DNA from: Chiloscyllium plagiosum
Taxonomy: Eukaryota
NCBI RefSeq assembly: GCF_004010195.1
Contig: NC_057713.1
Span: 100,304,075-100,368,074 of the forward strand
Length of the DNA: 64,000 bases
Direction of reading: 5' to 3'
Below, piece by piece: positions 50,681-63,612 of this stretch. The translations under genes were made by a program, and so were the position numbers. How positions within the stretch are numbered: position 1 is the first letter of the stretch; each line of letters opens with the position of its first letter. The notes beneath the pieces were generated by a model. The model made no database searches and was not told the DNA's origin. It saw only the letters and a list, made by a program, of their open reading frames with translations.

Positions 50681-52139
50681 GCTATTTTTGCTCCTTCACA
50701 ATCTACAGACTCAGAAAATAACACCGTCTTACTCTTCTACAAAACACTGCACTAGGTTAAATTAATAGCTATGGCTTATATTTTAAGTTTAATCAAGAGA
50801 CTTACCTCCAAAAACATATCATCAAGAAAGAACCCACTGTACCCACTAATACAGCCTTTCTCTTGGACAGACTTAAAACAACAATTAACTTATCTGATTC
50901 TTTGTTGTGAACTTCACCCAAGCCGGTTCCTCCAAGATTAGTTGTGAATTTCACTGTTTGTTAATTTTCCCAGATGCACGCCAATATCCATAACTTAAGA
51001 GCAGAAGACGTTGCCTTTGGAGAAGCTGCAGGAACATGACAGGCTGAAGGACCTCCTTCCGTGCTATAATAATTAACTGATTTTGAATTACTATTTGTGT
51101 TCTGTTCTATAACCTGTGGTTTTATTCTCTTTGTTTACCTGAGGTGATGTGGATTGTTTTAAATATTTTCTGCTTTGTTATTTTTTCCCCTGCTCTATCA
51201 CTGTGATGCAGGATGTGCAGAAATGGATACCTTTCATCTTCTTTTGAAATGGGCCAATACTCACTCATGTATGCATATTGAACCATAATCATCTTCACAC
51301 TCAAGCCTGATCCTGGTCTCGAATTGATATTGCAGATGCTTCTTCCAGTAAAGGTGAGAAGTGATGATCAGCACCAAAGTGGTTGGTACCACTTTCAGCA
51401 GGAATTTTGAAGCTTCTTGTGCCTTTCCTGAGACCATGTATAAAGAGATTCAAACTGCACACTCCAAATGAATCAGAATGATACGCAAGCACACTTTCAC
51501 AGTGAACTGTTAGGGAACTGGAGTGTGAGATTTTGTTAAAGATTCAAAATTAATTCGTGATCGGAACAATTATTTTATTTGGCACAACCTCCATTACACT
51601 CTATGGTAAATTCTGTTGTAAATGTTCTACTGTTTTCAGTTCTTGGCTGGTACCTTTTCCTATTACTTTGCAATTGTTTGGAATTTTGTTTTCAGCTGCT
51701 CTGATGTAAGTTGATTAGCTGTATCAGGGACCGTGCTGTTCTGTGTCAAATGTCAATGAAGGATCTGTAAGGTAACCTGTATTATGCTTCTGATAATCAC
51801 TTCATTTATACCATTACAAATAATGCTACTCAGCACATTATCTTATCTGTTATATAGTTACCTCAGATCAAAGGCTTGACATCAAATCAATTTCAAATCA
51901 AGCATTAATCAAGTCTTTTATTTTTTTCAGACTGCAAGCTGCTTAGTATCACTAAGGATGAAAGAAGGAATAAATTTATTTCTGAAAATAGTATGCTTCA
52001 CTTAAATATCTGTCTAATGTCGATTCCATCAGTATCGGTCATGCAAAGGGGAGAAACCAGTCATTTATTTTGTTTGATTCTGGTATCAGGAATATTTCTT
52101 CTGGCATTATTCAAAATCTTTATAAATCACTGGGATCAG

Positions 52140-53110
52140 TCTCAGCACACCACACTTCAGAGTGGATGTCAAGGCCTTAGAGAAGATGCAGATGAAATTT
52201 ACTGGAATGGTTCCAAGGATGAGAGACTTCTGTTATGTAGAGAGATGTGAGAAACTGAGGAAACTCTCCTTTGAATAAAGAAGGTTAAGGAGAGACTTAA
52301 ATAGAGCTGTTCCATATTGCGAGTGGTTTGATAGTTTATTTGTTTTCGTTGCTTCGTGCGATGTGAGCATCGCTAGCAAAACTAGCATTTTTTTTCCCCA
52401 TCCCTAAATGACCTTGAGAAGGTACTGCTCAGCTGCCTTCTTGAAAGCTGCAGTCAATATGGCTTAGGTTTACCCATTGTGCTGTTAGGGAGAAAACCAG
52501 CAGTAGTGAAGGATTGGTGATTTAGTTTCAAGTCATGATGGTGTGTCACATGAAGAAAACTTGAAAGTGATTATTTATCTTTGTAGTGGCAAAGTTTATG
52601 GATTTGTGAGGTGCTATTGAAGTTGCAATGCATCTTATAGATGATAGACTCTGCTGCAACTGACCATCAATGATAGAGACAGTTAATGTTGGAGGTGTTG
52701 GAGTGATGTCAATCAAGTGCAAGTCTTGTTCTGGATGATGAGAAACTTTGTGAGTGTTGTTGAGGCTGTACTCTTGCAAAGTGAAAAAGGAGAAACTGTT
52801 TCCACTGGTGGGAGCGGTGTTGACCAAAGGAAACAGGTTCAAAATAATTAGCAAATGTACCAAAGGGGAAATGAGGATCATATTTTCAATGCAGACAGTT
52901 GCTATGACCTGTTATGTGCTGCCTGAAAGGTGGTGGAAATAAATTCAAGAGTAAGTTTCAAAAGGGAGTTAGATAATTACTTGAAAGGAAAAATGTGCAG
53001 GGTTATGGGGACAGAGTAGGGAATAGAGTCTATGAATATCTCTTTAAACAAGCTGACACAGATGCAATGGACCAAGTGATGCCTCCTGTGCTGTCAGATT
53101 CTCAGATTCT
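52140..53110. mobile_element. plus-strand CR1 3' fragment split by a minus-strand CR1/L2-group fragment (~52350-52770)
   Basis: AGAAGGTTAAGGAGAGACTTAA lies before the insert and GAGAAACTGTTTCCACTGGTG after it. Confidence 0.65.
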
Positions 53111-53377
53111 ATAATTGTATATTTTTTGTGTTTGTGATGAATATAAATTTCCAGTGAGTGAAGTTATACCTTCAATTTTACAAAACTTACTGTCTATCTC
53201 CTCCAGTTATTGTTAAAATAGATTTGTGGAATATGGAAATTCAGAGTTGTGTCACCACCACCTACTCATGTTTCTGTTTAAAATTTCAGCTAGGAATACC
53301 TTCACAAAATCACTCAGCTTTAACCAATCAGCTTCAATAAACTTACACAAAGGCGGCTACACATTACTGATTACTGA

Positions 53378-53478
53378 AGTGTGTGTCAATGTGTCTGTAT
53401 GCATCAATGTTTGTGTGTACCTGTATGTGTGTGTCTGTGTCAATATGTGTATGCATGTCTGTGCAACAATATATATCT
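53378..53478. repeat. degenerate (TG)n microsatellite
   Basis: GTGTGT-rich tract ending in ATATAT. Confidence 0.75.
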
Positions 53479-53506
53479 ATGGACAGAATCTTTCCAGCCT
53501 TTGAAT

Positions 53507-53826
53507 GATTAGATTAGAATCCCTACAGTATGGGAACAGGCCCTTCGGCCCAACAAGTCCACACCAATCCTCCGAAGAGTAACCCACCCAGACCCATTCC
53601 CCAACCCTAGATTTACCCGTAACACTATGGACAATTTAGCATGGCCAATTCATCTAACCTGCACACCTTTGGATTGTAGGAGAAAACTGGAGCACCCAGA
53701 GGAAACCTGCACAGACACAGGGAGAATCTGCAAATTCCACACAGACAGTCACCCGAGGTGGGGATCAAACCCAAGTCCTTGGTGCTGTCAGGCAGCAGTG
53801 CTAACTACTGAGCCACTGTGCTGCCC
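53507..53826 (-). mobile_element. HE1-type SINE
   Basis: (GATTA)n tail plus the reverse complement of the head, CTGAGCCACTGTGCTGCCC. Confidence 0.92.
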
Positions 53827-54379
53827 CATGAATGATATGGGAAATTTGGAAAAAAATCACCTAAGAGGTTGCTTGAGGCCCTTTCCTAAGTTGAGACCAA
53901 ACAGTCATACTTTCCAGTCATATTCTGGGTATAAAGATAAGATTCTTGTTAGTGAGCAGTGAGATGCCTATTAACAGGAATTATCGCTCATTATCACCCT
54001 CATTATTATTAAATTTCACCTCATTAATGTGTCATTTTCATGCTCCCACCCACCGGAAATAAACTAGAAGCTGAAATTTCATGACATGGAAGTTGGGGGG
54101 GGGGGGGTACCTGGCGATTCCAGTTCACTGCTTACTCTCCTGAACCTCTATCTTGGGCACTTTGTACCAACATCTCCAAGGGCAGAGGTCACACACACTC
54201 CCCATCAACAGTTATTGCGATCTGAAGTGTCAATCTCACCACATCATCATGGGACATCTCCAATCCTCTTACAGAATGTTTCTACACTTGAGTGCTGCAC
54301 TTAGGAGTACATCAACACCTCTCATTGTATTGCTGGTCATATATTTCAGGGATCCTCACTTGCTCTCTTAAGGATAACT

Positions 54380-54600
54380 CAATGTGTACCTACTTCAATG
54401 CTCACATCATTCCTGCCTAGCTTTTTTGTGCTTTGGACCCTCAATTAGATCACAGAGGATCTCAGTATTTCTCACTTGCCTTACTGTTTAATGCACTGAG
54501 CCAGGCAGCTTGTCATAGTTGTCAGCAGTTGTTGGTTATGGCAAACTAGGGGATATTCAAAGCCTTCATGGTTGACAGGAAGGGCTACCAGGAAGGGAAT
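54380..54600 (+). pseudogene. possible second, highly decayed Harbinger transposase relic
   Basis: Weak motifs EDLSISH (cf. GDLCGISQ) and FMVDRKGY (cf. FINRKGY). Confidence 0.3.
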
Positions 54601-55229
54601 ATTTACATTTGGGGATATGACAATACTGAAGGCTGAGCCTTAGCTTCAGTGGTTGAGGAGTGACTGCTGCTGTCTTTCACTATGCTGTAGATAACAAGTT
54701 CACAAAGGAGATGAAAATGCCTGCCATTACCTATTTCCTTTCATGGGGAGGAATGGCTTTGATTTCAAGTGATGAGCAATTCTTCAAAGTGCCACAGCGT
54801 TACACAGACATATATATGCCAAAGCTGAAACATGCCTTCTCTGTGATACCTGGGCATTAACCTATAGTGTGAAGTCCAGATCTTTGCCCAAGCACTCCTG
54901 AACATATCATGCTGTAGATAACAAGTGAACCCACTCATCCCTGTGATGCAACAGCAATATTTATCTACCTGGAAAGATGCAACCAAGTTGCCAAAATAAC
55001 AATAACCTGTCACTTACCCATTTTCTGTGCATGGCGCAGAAACTGCTCACTTCATTCCTTACACCATAGAACATCATGACAGACATTATCCTACTCCTGT
55101 TAGAAGAGATGTTATCATCTATTGAAAACTTAAGTGGCCAAGTGTGGTGTTGAACTTAAAAATGGTATCTTCAAACCAGGCTAGTAAAAGGTTAAACATT
55201 AAGGATTAATTGGATATGTCAATGAGCAT

Positions 55230-55426
55230 TGAGTCATAGTCATACAGATGTACAGCATGGAAACAGACCCTTCGGTCCAACCCATCCATGCTGACCAGAT
55301 ATCCCAATCCAATCTAGTCCCACCTGCCAGCACCTGGACCATATCCCTCCAAACCCTTCCTATTCATATACCCATCCAAATGCCTCTTAAATGTTGCAAT
55401 TGTACCAGCCTCCACCACATCCTCTG
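55230..55426 (-). mobile_element. short, young CR1 3' end
   Basis: Highly similar to 47160-47350. Confidence 0.92.
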
Positions 55427-55619
55427 CAATTGAAAGAATGTGGAAAGGTACATGAAGAACAGACCAAATACAGCCTGCTTTGACTGGGTGGTTACCACAT
55501 GACTCAGAATTGTCTGTGAGAACTGTCCTGTTGTGCTGTCACACAGAGATCATTGAATTTGTTTCTCAGTCTGATTTGAAGGTTGGAAAAGTCTGCAGTC
55601 ATTACGAAATGGAGATTCA

Positions 55620-55950
55620 GCATATGGTTAACACTGCTGCCTCACAGTGCCAGGGACCCAGATTTGGTTCCAGCTGTGGACGACTGTCTGCATGGAGTTT
55701 GCATGTCCTCCCCATGTCTATGTAGGTTTCCTTCAAGTGATTTGGTTTCCTCCCACAGTATGAAGATGTGCAGTGAGCTGGATTGGTCATTCTAAATTGG
55801 CCAATAATATCCAGCAATGTGCAGGCCAGGTGGGTTAGCATGGTAATTGTGGGATTAAAGCGATAGGATGGGTCTAGGTGGATGCTTTTTGGAGGGTAGG
55901 TGCAGACTCCATGGGCCGAATGACTCTTTCTGCACTGTCAGGTTTCTGTG
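55620..55950 (+). mobile_element. HE1-type SINE
   Basis: TGGTTAACACTGCTGCCTCACAGTGCCAGGGACCC...GGAGTTTGCATG. Confidence 0.88.
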
Positions 55951-55957
55951 TATTTTC

Positions 55958-58140
55958 AGCCTAACAATACAGAAAGGCCACTGTAATGGAAGTAAAAGAA
56001 GGGAAAAGAGATTCATGGGCAATGTAGATCTCTGGATCCATGAACCTTGTTTGACTGAAGTTGTTAAGAATGATGCCAAGTATCACTTGGAAGCAATGGT
56101 GCTCTTTGACCTGGTCCAATGAGTATATGTGTATTTCTCACCTTCAACATGTCATTAGGAAATTCTGATGCACCATGTGCCTAATCTTAGAGTGAATCTT
56201 TTGGGCGAAACAAGATGAAAAATTCAAAATGAAACCTTGACAGCTCTTTGCCATCTTTTGTTTGATACCCACGATGCACTAATGGAAAACTGTGATGAGA
56301 TTATCCTAAAAGAGCAACTGGCAACACCTCATTAATAGATGCACAAATTCTTTGAAAAGGCATTTCTATTTTCAAGTTTGTGGTTTCTCTTATTGTGTGG
56401 TAAGACTTCATCCTTAAGGTTAATTTGAAACTTCAGCTTCAGCTGAATGAAATGGGCATTCACAGCTCTATGAAACAACTGAGAGAAGCCAAGATATTTC
56501 TTGGAGGCTACAGGCGTGAAAAAGGGTTTGAGAAAACACTGTTGGATGTATGTGCACATGCTGAGAAATTGGTCATATTGACACACTGAACCAGATCTGA
56601 TCCATATTTAAAGGAGGAAGAAGCACTTCTCATATGAATCTTATTTCAGATCTCCAGCATCCGCAATTCTTTGTTTTAGTTAGAGAATTAAAATCGGATT
56701 TACCACCTGGCTAACTATAAAACTAACCCCACCCCCGAATCACCATGAACCACAAATACCGAACACCCTCTTGTGGATCTAACTCCATTTCCAATCTTGA
56801 CCATCCTGGTCCTCCACCCCACCTTGACCTCGGACATCCCAAACACCTCCAAACACCAAATCTGCCCCAAATCCCAACACCTTCCCACAGCGGCATGGTG
56901 GCGCAGTGGTTAGCACTGCTGCCTCACAACGCCAGAGACCCGGGTTCAATTCGGGCAACTGTCTGTGTTGAGTTTGCACATTCTCCCCGTGTCTGTGTGG
57001 GTTTCCTTACCGGTGCTCCGGTTTCCTTCCACGGTCCAAAGATGTGCAGGTTAGGTGAATTGGCCATGCTAAATTGCCCGTAGTGTTAGGTGAAGCGGTA
57101 AATGTAGGGGAACGGGTCTGGGTGGGTTCCTCTTCAGAGGGTCGGTGTGGACTTGTTGGACCGAAGGGCCTGTTTCCACACTGTAAGTAATCTAATCTAA
57201 TCAGATAACTCCCATCCCTTCCCACATGACCCAATGCTCCCCACTCTTTGACAGTCTCCCCAGAACTGACAGCCTGTGTCCCATTGTTCCCTTTACCCAC
57301 AGCCCCTGGTTCCCCACACACACTGGGCCTTGACTCAAAATCTGAAATCCTACTTCCCTATCCACTCAGATCTTCTGAGCTCAACATCTTTTCTGCCTCA
57401 CATCCTATCCACCCTAGCCCCTCCCTCACCCACATGACACCCTAACCACATCACACATTTTGCACCCTACCCCCTCTCCCAACTGGTAGGTACTGCCTCA
57501 CTGACCAGTTACCCTACCACCTTACACAACTGGCACGGTTTCTCCCCCATTGTCCTGTCTCTCTACTCCCTCACTTGTCTTTTGTCAGCAACTGTCAAAA
57601 TACATTTGGACCTTTATGGAGCATTGTACACATAATGCCACAAAATAGGGTTGTGGTTTCAGTATTGATCTCCATTCTGTCACTGCCCATATTGTATCCT
57701 GAATTTGACCACACTGCTTCAGCTGGGAAAGCTCTTGACACAGTTGTTCATCCAGAAAATTGCACTAAGATGGACAATTTTTGTCAGATCTGGGCCTGAA
57801 ATAAGGAGTCCTACTCAGATGTGAGGATTCAGGTTATTGATGCTTCAGATTTGTGTGCTGAACAATGAATCATGTCAAAATGAGTTCCATAGTGTTCATC
57901 GCCGCAAGATGCATTGAATTTGGTTTGCAAGAACAGAATGAGGTAAATGTCTCTAACCCACTTATGGCTCTCTGCATTCTCTTGACATTCCACATTTCTA
58001 TGGCCAGTAGGCAGCGAAACATTTCTAAGCTAAAATTGATCAAAACTTACCTTAATTCTTCAATGATGCAGGAAAGACTATCCACCATCTCAATAAAACA
58101 TGAAATTCCATGAAACATTATCCTGAAAGAACTTGCTTCT
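55958..58140 (+). pseudogene. fragmented hAT (ZMYM1/Tip100-like) transposase relic
   Basis: 55958-56300 translates to LFDLVQ*VYVYFSPSTCH*EILMHHVPNLRVNLLGETR* (cf. FFSASTxRW...KPLSETRW). 57950-58110 gives ALCILLTFHISMASRQRNISKLKLIKTYLNSSMMQERL, the hATC dimerisation motif. Confidence 0.85.
56889..57203 (+). mobile_element. HE1-type SINE (young)
   Basis: GCGGCATGGTGGCGCAGTGGTTAG...GGGTTCAATTC...(TAATC)n tail. Confidence 0.93.
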
Positions 58141-58699
58141 GTACTTGTTGAAATTACAAAGTATTACATTCTAAATCTTCTTGATCAACAACTTGCAGAA
58201 AAATGCAGACAATATAGCACAGTATCAAGTCATGTGAGCCATCTGTGTTAAACTACTCATTAATATATGTGCATTGTTGCAAAATGAAAGGTTGCGTAGA
58301 GTGGAGCAATGGAGATAATCATATAAAACTCATTTTCAGTAATATATTCTTTTTTCTTGTAAGTAGATCTAATTTATCTATGAATGCAGAATATGGATAT
58401 TTATTCTTCATGAGCTTTATCATAAACTGATGTAGATTCGAATAATTAACAATGTGAATTTCTTTTTGGCATATGTGGGGGAGAAAATGGGTGATACTAG
58501 GCGCAGGCTGTCCTGATCGAAATCTTGTGATGAAGGTTGAGGTCTCACAAGAAGTCTGACATAAATGGATTGGCTGAGAGGGCTTTTGCAGAGGTGTTCA
58601 AAATCAAGATAGTTAAAAAACAGAGGGCATAGGAAGAAATTAGTAGAATGGTCAGGATTGAATGTAAGACTTGAAATAATTGTCAAAAAAACCCCAAAA

Positions 58700-58952
58700 A
58701 TAACATAAGGAAAGGTTTTGCTGCACACTGAGCAGTTAGCATTTTGGGATATATTGCCCAGAGTGTGGTGAAAGTAACTGTAATTAAGGCCTTAATAATG
58801 GAAATAGATCATGACTTGAAGGGAGATAAATGTGCAGCTCTATGGGCAGAGGGCAAGGAGTGAAAATAACTGAGTTGCCCCTGCAGCAAGGTTGCACAAG
58901 CTCAAAGGACTGAATTACCTCTTTCTGGGTTCTAACTATGCCATGATTCTGT
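58700..58952 (+). mobile_element. degraded CR1 3' fragment
   Basis: TGCCCAGAGTGTGGTGAAAG...GGACTGAATTACCTC...CCATGATTCT. Confidence 0.6.
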
Positions 58953-59849
58953 GAATATTTTGAAGGTGCCTCTCATTTCTCAACTAAACAACTTGAACAA
59001 AGAAAAAGATGAAAAAAAGCACCATAAAAATAACACTGTTAAAAGTAGGGCAAAGTTGAAGCACATATCAATTATGAAAAGAGTAAACTTAGAGTTTAAA
59101 AAAAAACCAGAGAATATTTAAAATTTCTGAGTAATACTAAGTAGATAAAACTATTTCTAGCAATTCCAAATTAAAAGTTTATTCATATACATCCAGCTCC
59201 ACGGTAATGCAAGGGTTAAAGTTAATCAGTTAAATAGTATACAATATTGCTTAAGTGAAAAAAAAACAGTAGTATGATTTGCACACTGTAAAAAGAGCAA
59301 TATTCTATGTGGTAGAACTGCCATTCCATATGATATATTATTTATGACGACAGTTTTACACAACATAATTTAGGTATCAAAGTAATGAAAATATGCTGAC
59401 TGGCAGAATCTCCCATTACATTATCCACTGAATCTTTGGCTTGAGCATCTGTTGGTACCATAAAGATATGCGTATGTGATGTTAAGGCAATCCGTCACAA
59501 CAGCCCAGCTTTGTGCTTGTAAATCAGACAGTAAAATTTCTCTTCTATTCATGCATACTTTGTAAAATAAGTTGTAAATTTTAAAACCAATGTTGCCTAT
59601 GAATGTAGACAGATGTTTCCCAGACAGTGTTGAAAACAAGTGGTGATCTCAATCTAGAATATTAAAGAGCAATGTAAAATCAGATTTGGTAAATTATTGT
59701 TAAGCAACTGGACACTTGAGTAAACTGATCTATTTTTATAAATTTATCAAGCAGCATAATTCTCCATCAAAGTAGGAGTCTATATTTTAGAAAATCATTT
59801 AAAAAACATTTTCTGTTTATGTTCTAGTCATTGGCAGATAAATGAATAT

Positions 59850-60165
59850 AATAGCTATGTTCAGTTGTTAACAGTTTGGCCTCTGAATCAGAAAGTCATG
59901 GGTTCAAGCCTCACTCCAGAAACTTGAGCATATCATTTACTCCCAGTTCAATTCTGTGATGTTGCCTTTAGAAGAAGCATTAGGCCAAGGCCAGATCTGC
60001 TGTCTCATAGGAAGATATGCTAATATTGGAAGAAGAACAGGGGAATTATAATATTGTTGTTTGTGGGATCTTACTGTGTGCATAATAAACTAATTGCAGT
60101 TTAAATATGTTTCCTTGGTTGTAAAATGCTTGAGATATTCTGAGGTCAAAAAAGCAAGTCCTATA
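59850..60165 (+). mobile_element. Deu-type SINE
   Basis: GCCTCTGAATCAGAAAGTCATGGGTTCAAGCC B-box head; TTGTTTGTGGGATCTTACTGTGTGCA. Confidence 0.65.
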
Positions 60166-62717
60166 TTATTAATAATTTTGCCTGAAGGATTTAAGTGGGA
60201 AAATACTGGCCTGATTGTAGTGCAGGGGAATTAAATATAGAACTCCAAATGAAATCTAATTATTGTCTATTGACTATGGAGTAAGGCAGCATTGTTTTGA
60301 ATTTAAGGCTATTGAAATTAAGACACTTATATTTTGCAAGCAATTTGAATACCATTGAAAGAGCACTTTATTTTAAACCAATTGTTGTTTTTGTTAAACT
60401 ATTGAACATATCAGTAGAATAAACATGATACATTTGAATAAGGCATTAAATACTTACACTAAATAAGTCAATATACAATTAATACTTATACAATGTAATT
60501 GGTGGAGTTAATAATTTTTCATAGCTGGCACAAGTTGCAGTTTCAGTGTAATTAGAAAGACTCTGTGTAATTAATCTGCCAATGCACTGCCATGGTACAG
60601 GACACAAAGAGTAGAAATCACAAACAAGTTTAAATCTGTTTCATTCCTCAAACAGTTTTCTTAAGAAATATATGAATTCCACGCAGGGGGTGCTGGACAA
60701 GTGTCCAGTTGCAGCTTCTCTGGTGGAGCAGGCATAGAACTGAGGCAGAAAAGCAGATGTGAATTGAAAATGAGCAGGTCCTGTCAAATTTGGGAGGCTG
60801 AGCTTGGAGCTGAGGTATCTGCAAAATGATCAACTCTTAGAATACTAGCTGGAAGTCATGGGTAAGAAACAAAAGGACAAGGAAATGTGGAGGTAAAACA
60901 GGAAATGGAGGAGAGTCAGGAAACAAGTTTTATTAAAATAACAAAAATATTGTGAATTTTTTTTAGATTTTGCATAAAATTTTGTTTTTAAATATTATTG
61001 TGTCACTCTTCTTTTAGAATTCCAAATGTTGAGATGCAAGTTGCTCTATTAAAGAAGTAATGCAAAACTCACCCAATGTCCTCAAAGCCCTCACATTATT
61101 GTTGCTGGTTATAGCTAATGTGTCACCCAAGAGGCCATAAGAAAATCAAAACTGCTTGGAGAATGCATGACTAGAATGGGGTGACATAATAAAGATTTGA
61201 CAGATTTTTCTTGCTGCAAATGTCATCTTTCTGTCATTGTGCTGTTTGAATGAATTCAATCCACAAATGCGATATTTGACATTTGATTAGGTAAAGACAA
61301 TGGAGAAGGTACAGCATAGTCATTGGTGTACATTTTAAGAACAGTTTGTTTTATCTCTAAAAACAAATGTACATACTGCAAGTTTCAGATAACATTAATT
61401 TGTATATTTGTCCTAACAAAGGACAGCGATCTATAAGCACGAATTCAGAACAAAACAGCATACTAATGGTGCAATCCTGATCAAGTAGCAATGGCTTTTC
61501 TGGAGTGATGTAGTGTAAAATGTGTTTAGAAAACATAATCAAATGTATTCAAGATCCCTGTTAATAAAGGTTATATTTTCGGTGGACTAGACTGAATGAA
61601 TTAATCTGTTGCTCTTGCACCAGAGGTACTGCAGACACTTATGGTGTGAATAGCTCAAATCAGTGGTGCACAAGTCATCCTTGAGAAACCAGGACTTTGC
61701 AGTCTGTAAAATGAATCATAGAATCCTACAGAGCAGAAAGTGACCATTTGACCCACCATATCCATGCTGGCTCTTTGAACGAGCTATCCAATAAATAGCT
61801 TAATGTCACTACATCGAGTGGCTTTTAATTTTTTTATATATCCAGAGTTCATAAAATGTTGGAGAGTTGCTGGATATCATTTGGGTTAGACCAAGGCACC
61901 AAAGTTTGTGTTGGGGGCTGGATGGGTAGTATAGAGATCAATAGTGAACCATTAACTCACCCACTCTCTTCACAGATGCTGCCGGACTTGTTGAGTGATT
62001 TTAGCATTTCCTTTTTGTACCAGAGTTAAATGCACTTGATGAATTAAACATTTTTGATAAGTCACAAACAAAACCTCTAAATAGTATCAAGAAGAAATAA
62101 CCGTTTTGCTTTTGCATAAATTAGGAAGTTTGAGGGTTGGCCAAATTGCAGTTCAATTCAGAAAGGATTTGTAGCGAGAATAGATACAGAGACAGTATGT
62201 TTTTTGCTGGGGATCGCGAGAAAATGGGGTAAGACTTTAAAATTACAGCCAGGAATTAAAATCAGGAACCAGTTCCTTAGGCTAAAAGCAGAGGGAATCT
62301 GAATGTTCTCCCACCAAAACCTGCGGCTGCTGGCAATCAACTGGAGTTTATGCAAATATAGTGGATTTTTAGGGGAGTGAGGTCAGAGGCGGGAATGGAC
62401 TTGAGGTACAGGTGATTGCCTTCAATCACGGAACAGGCTGGAAAGATTTGATGGCTTTCTGTTATTTCTGTGAACCTACAAACAGATCCGAATGCATAAA
62501 GTGACAGGAGGCCGGGGTGGATTGTTGGATTGTGAATCTTACCAAGTTTAGAAATGTATGTGGTGAAATTGTTGACAGACGTTTTGCTCGGTCAGTGTTG
62601 CATGAGACGTTGCGGGGAATGGGATGCTGTGGACTATTTCACGCTGGACAATTTGAGAACATTAACCTGTGTGATGAACAAGGTAAACACTTTTCAAGTT
62701 TACAACGTACAGCGCCA

Positions 62718-63515
62718 TTAATCAATGGTCATAGTGTCCTCTCCATCCATTGGAAACCGCTGGATGGAACTGTTGGGACCTGGAGATTTCAGGCGAAAGC
62801 TAAAAGACCCATAGAGTTTTCCCGATCTTCCCACAGCTGCGAACCTCTGCCTTTGATATAGTTCACCTTTGCAAATTGATATCATTAACAAAGTGGAGAG
62901 GAGGATTCCCCCCAGGGTCAAAAGGCCAAGTCCCGCGATGACACACCGGTCCAGGTGAGCCCCGATCCGGGCGCTCTCCTTTTGAAGGTTCTCCATCTCC
63001 CGGGCTGAAACACTGTCTGGATTCACAGTCACGTCGCGGGGGATCACGTAGGATATGATGACCAGCGTGATCCCACTGAACAGGAAGAGCAGGGCGCTGA
63101 TAAAGCCATAGTCCACGGATGTGTCCGAGCTCTCGGACGAGCTGTCATCATCAGACTCTGTCGAGAGTTCCTGCAAACCGTCGGGGATAGCTCTGATGTC
63201 GCTGGAAGAGCCGTGGTAGGACTGCATGGGGTAGCTTTTGTCGGACAGAGTCGGACTTGCACGTTGCAAGTTGACATTTTCGTCCACATAAGTGAAAGAT
63301 GTTTCAAGTTGCTGGTCGCAGCAGCACACCTTGATGTCCTTGCCGGCCGGGTGGTGCTGCTGCCCGTGTTTGTAGCTGTAGCACTCGTATGGAGCTGTCC
63401 CTGGTGCTGAACCGGAGAGGCACGGGAACGACGCGTGCAATCCCCACTCCAGTTCTTTCCATGCACACGGTTGGCTGTTGCCTTCGCCCAGGTAAACCAA
63501 TTCCACGGAAGCCAT
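62718..63515 (-). CDS. TMEM74: transmembrane protein 74, single coding exon, 265 aa from MASVELVYL
   Basis: LETSFTYVDENVNL, SVDYGFISALLFL, AREME..ESARIGAHLDRCVIAGL.LLTLGG and KLYGSF match recalled vertebrate TMEM74. There are two hydrophobic segments. The track start at 63542 is a GTG; the first ATG is at 63515. Confidence 0.95.
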   Translation of the reverse strand: MASVELVYLGEGNSQPCAWKELEWGLHASFPCLSGSAPGTAPYECYSYKHGQQHHPAGKDIKVCCCDQQLETSFTYVDENVNLQRASPTLSDKSYPMQSYHGSSSDIRAIPDGLQELSTESDDDSSSESSDTSVDYGFISALLFLFSGITLVIISYVIPRDVTVNPDSVSAREMENLQKESARIGAHLDRCVIAGLGLLTLGGILLSTLLMISICKGELYQRQRFAAVGRSGKLYGSFSFRLKSPGPNSSIQRFPMDGEDTMTID

Positions 63516-63592
63516 TTGACAAAGCGAGGTCTGTCCCTCCACCTCCCAGCCACGGGTGTCCTTTTAAGGCATCTCTGATGGAAAGCAGCTGT

Positions 63593-63612
63593 CTGCACAG
63601 AGAAGCACACAG
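63593..63612 (-). promoter_or_regulatory. probable splice acceptor for the TMEM74 coding exon
   Basis: Minus strand CTGTGTGCTTCTCTGTGCAG|ACAG lies ~77 nt before the ATG. Vertebrate TMEM74 has a non-coding upstream exon. Confidence 0.6.

Larger units (their letters stand above)
47158..50990 (-). mobile_element. near-full-length CR1 LINE (5' UTR, ORF1, ORF2 EN-RT, 3' tail), disrupted
   Basis: ORF1 esterase, APE, RT and a (CATAGAGT)n tail occur in the correct order. Confidence 0.95.

Noticed and set aside
51122-51492. Unique-looking sequence with short ORFs, possible exon
   Set aside because: No recognisable protein and no consistent splice-site pair.
18225-57083. tRNA genes at the AGTGGTTAGCAC...GGTTCAATTCC motifs
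   Set aside because: They are SINE heads followed by V-domain and LINE-like tails, not complete cloverleaves.
56700-57560. C-rich strand-biased tract around the SINE
   Set aside because: Low-complexity degenerate sequence without a definable period.
63044-63610. 188-aa overlapping ORF in an alternative frame of TMEM74, and the GTG start at 63542
   Set aside because: The overlapping ORF has a non-ATG start upstream of the predicted acceptor and no homology; it is a by-product of GC-rich coding sequence. The ATG at 63515 matches the orthologous N-terminus.
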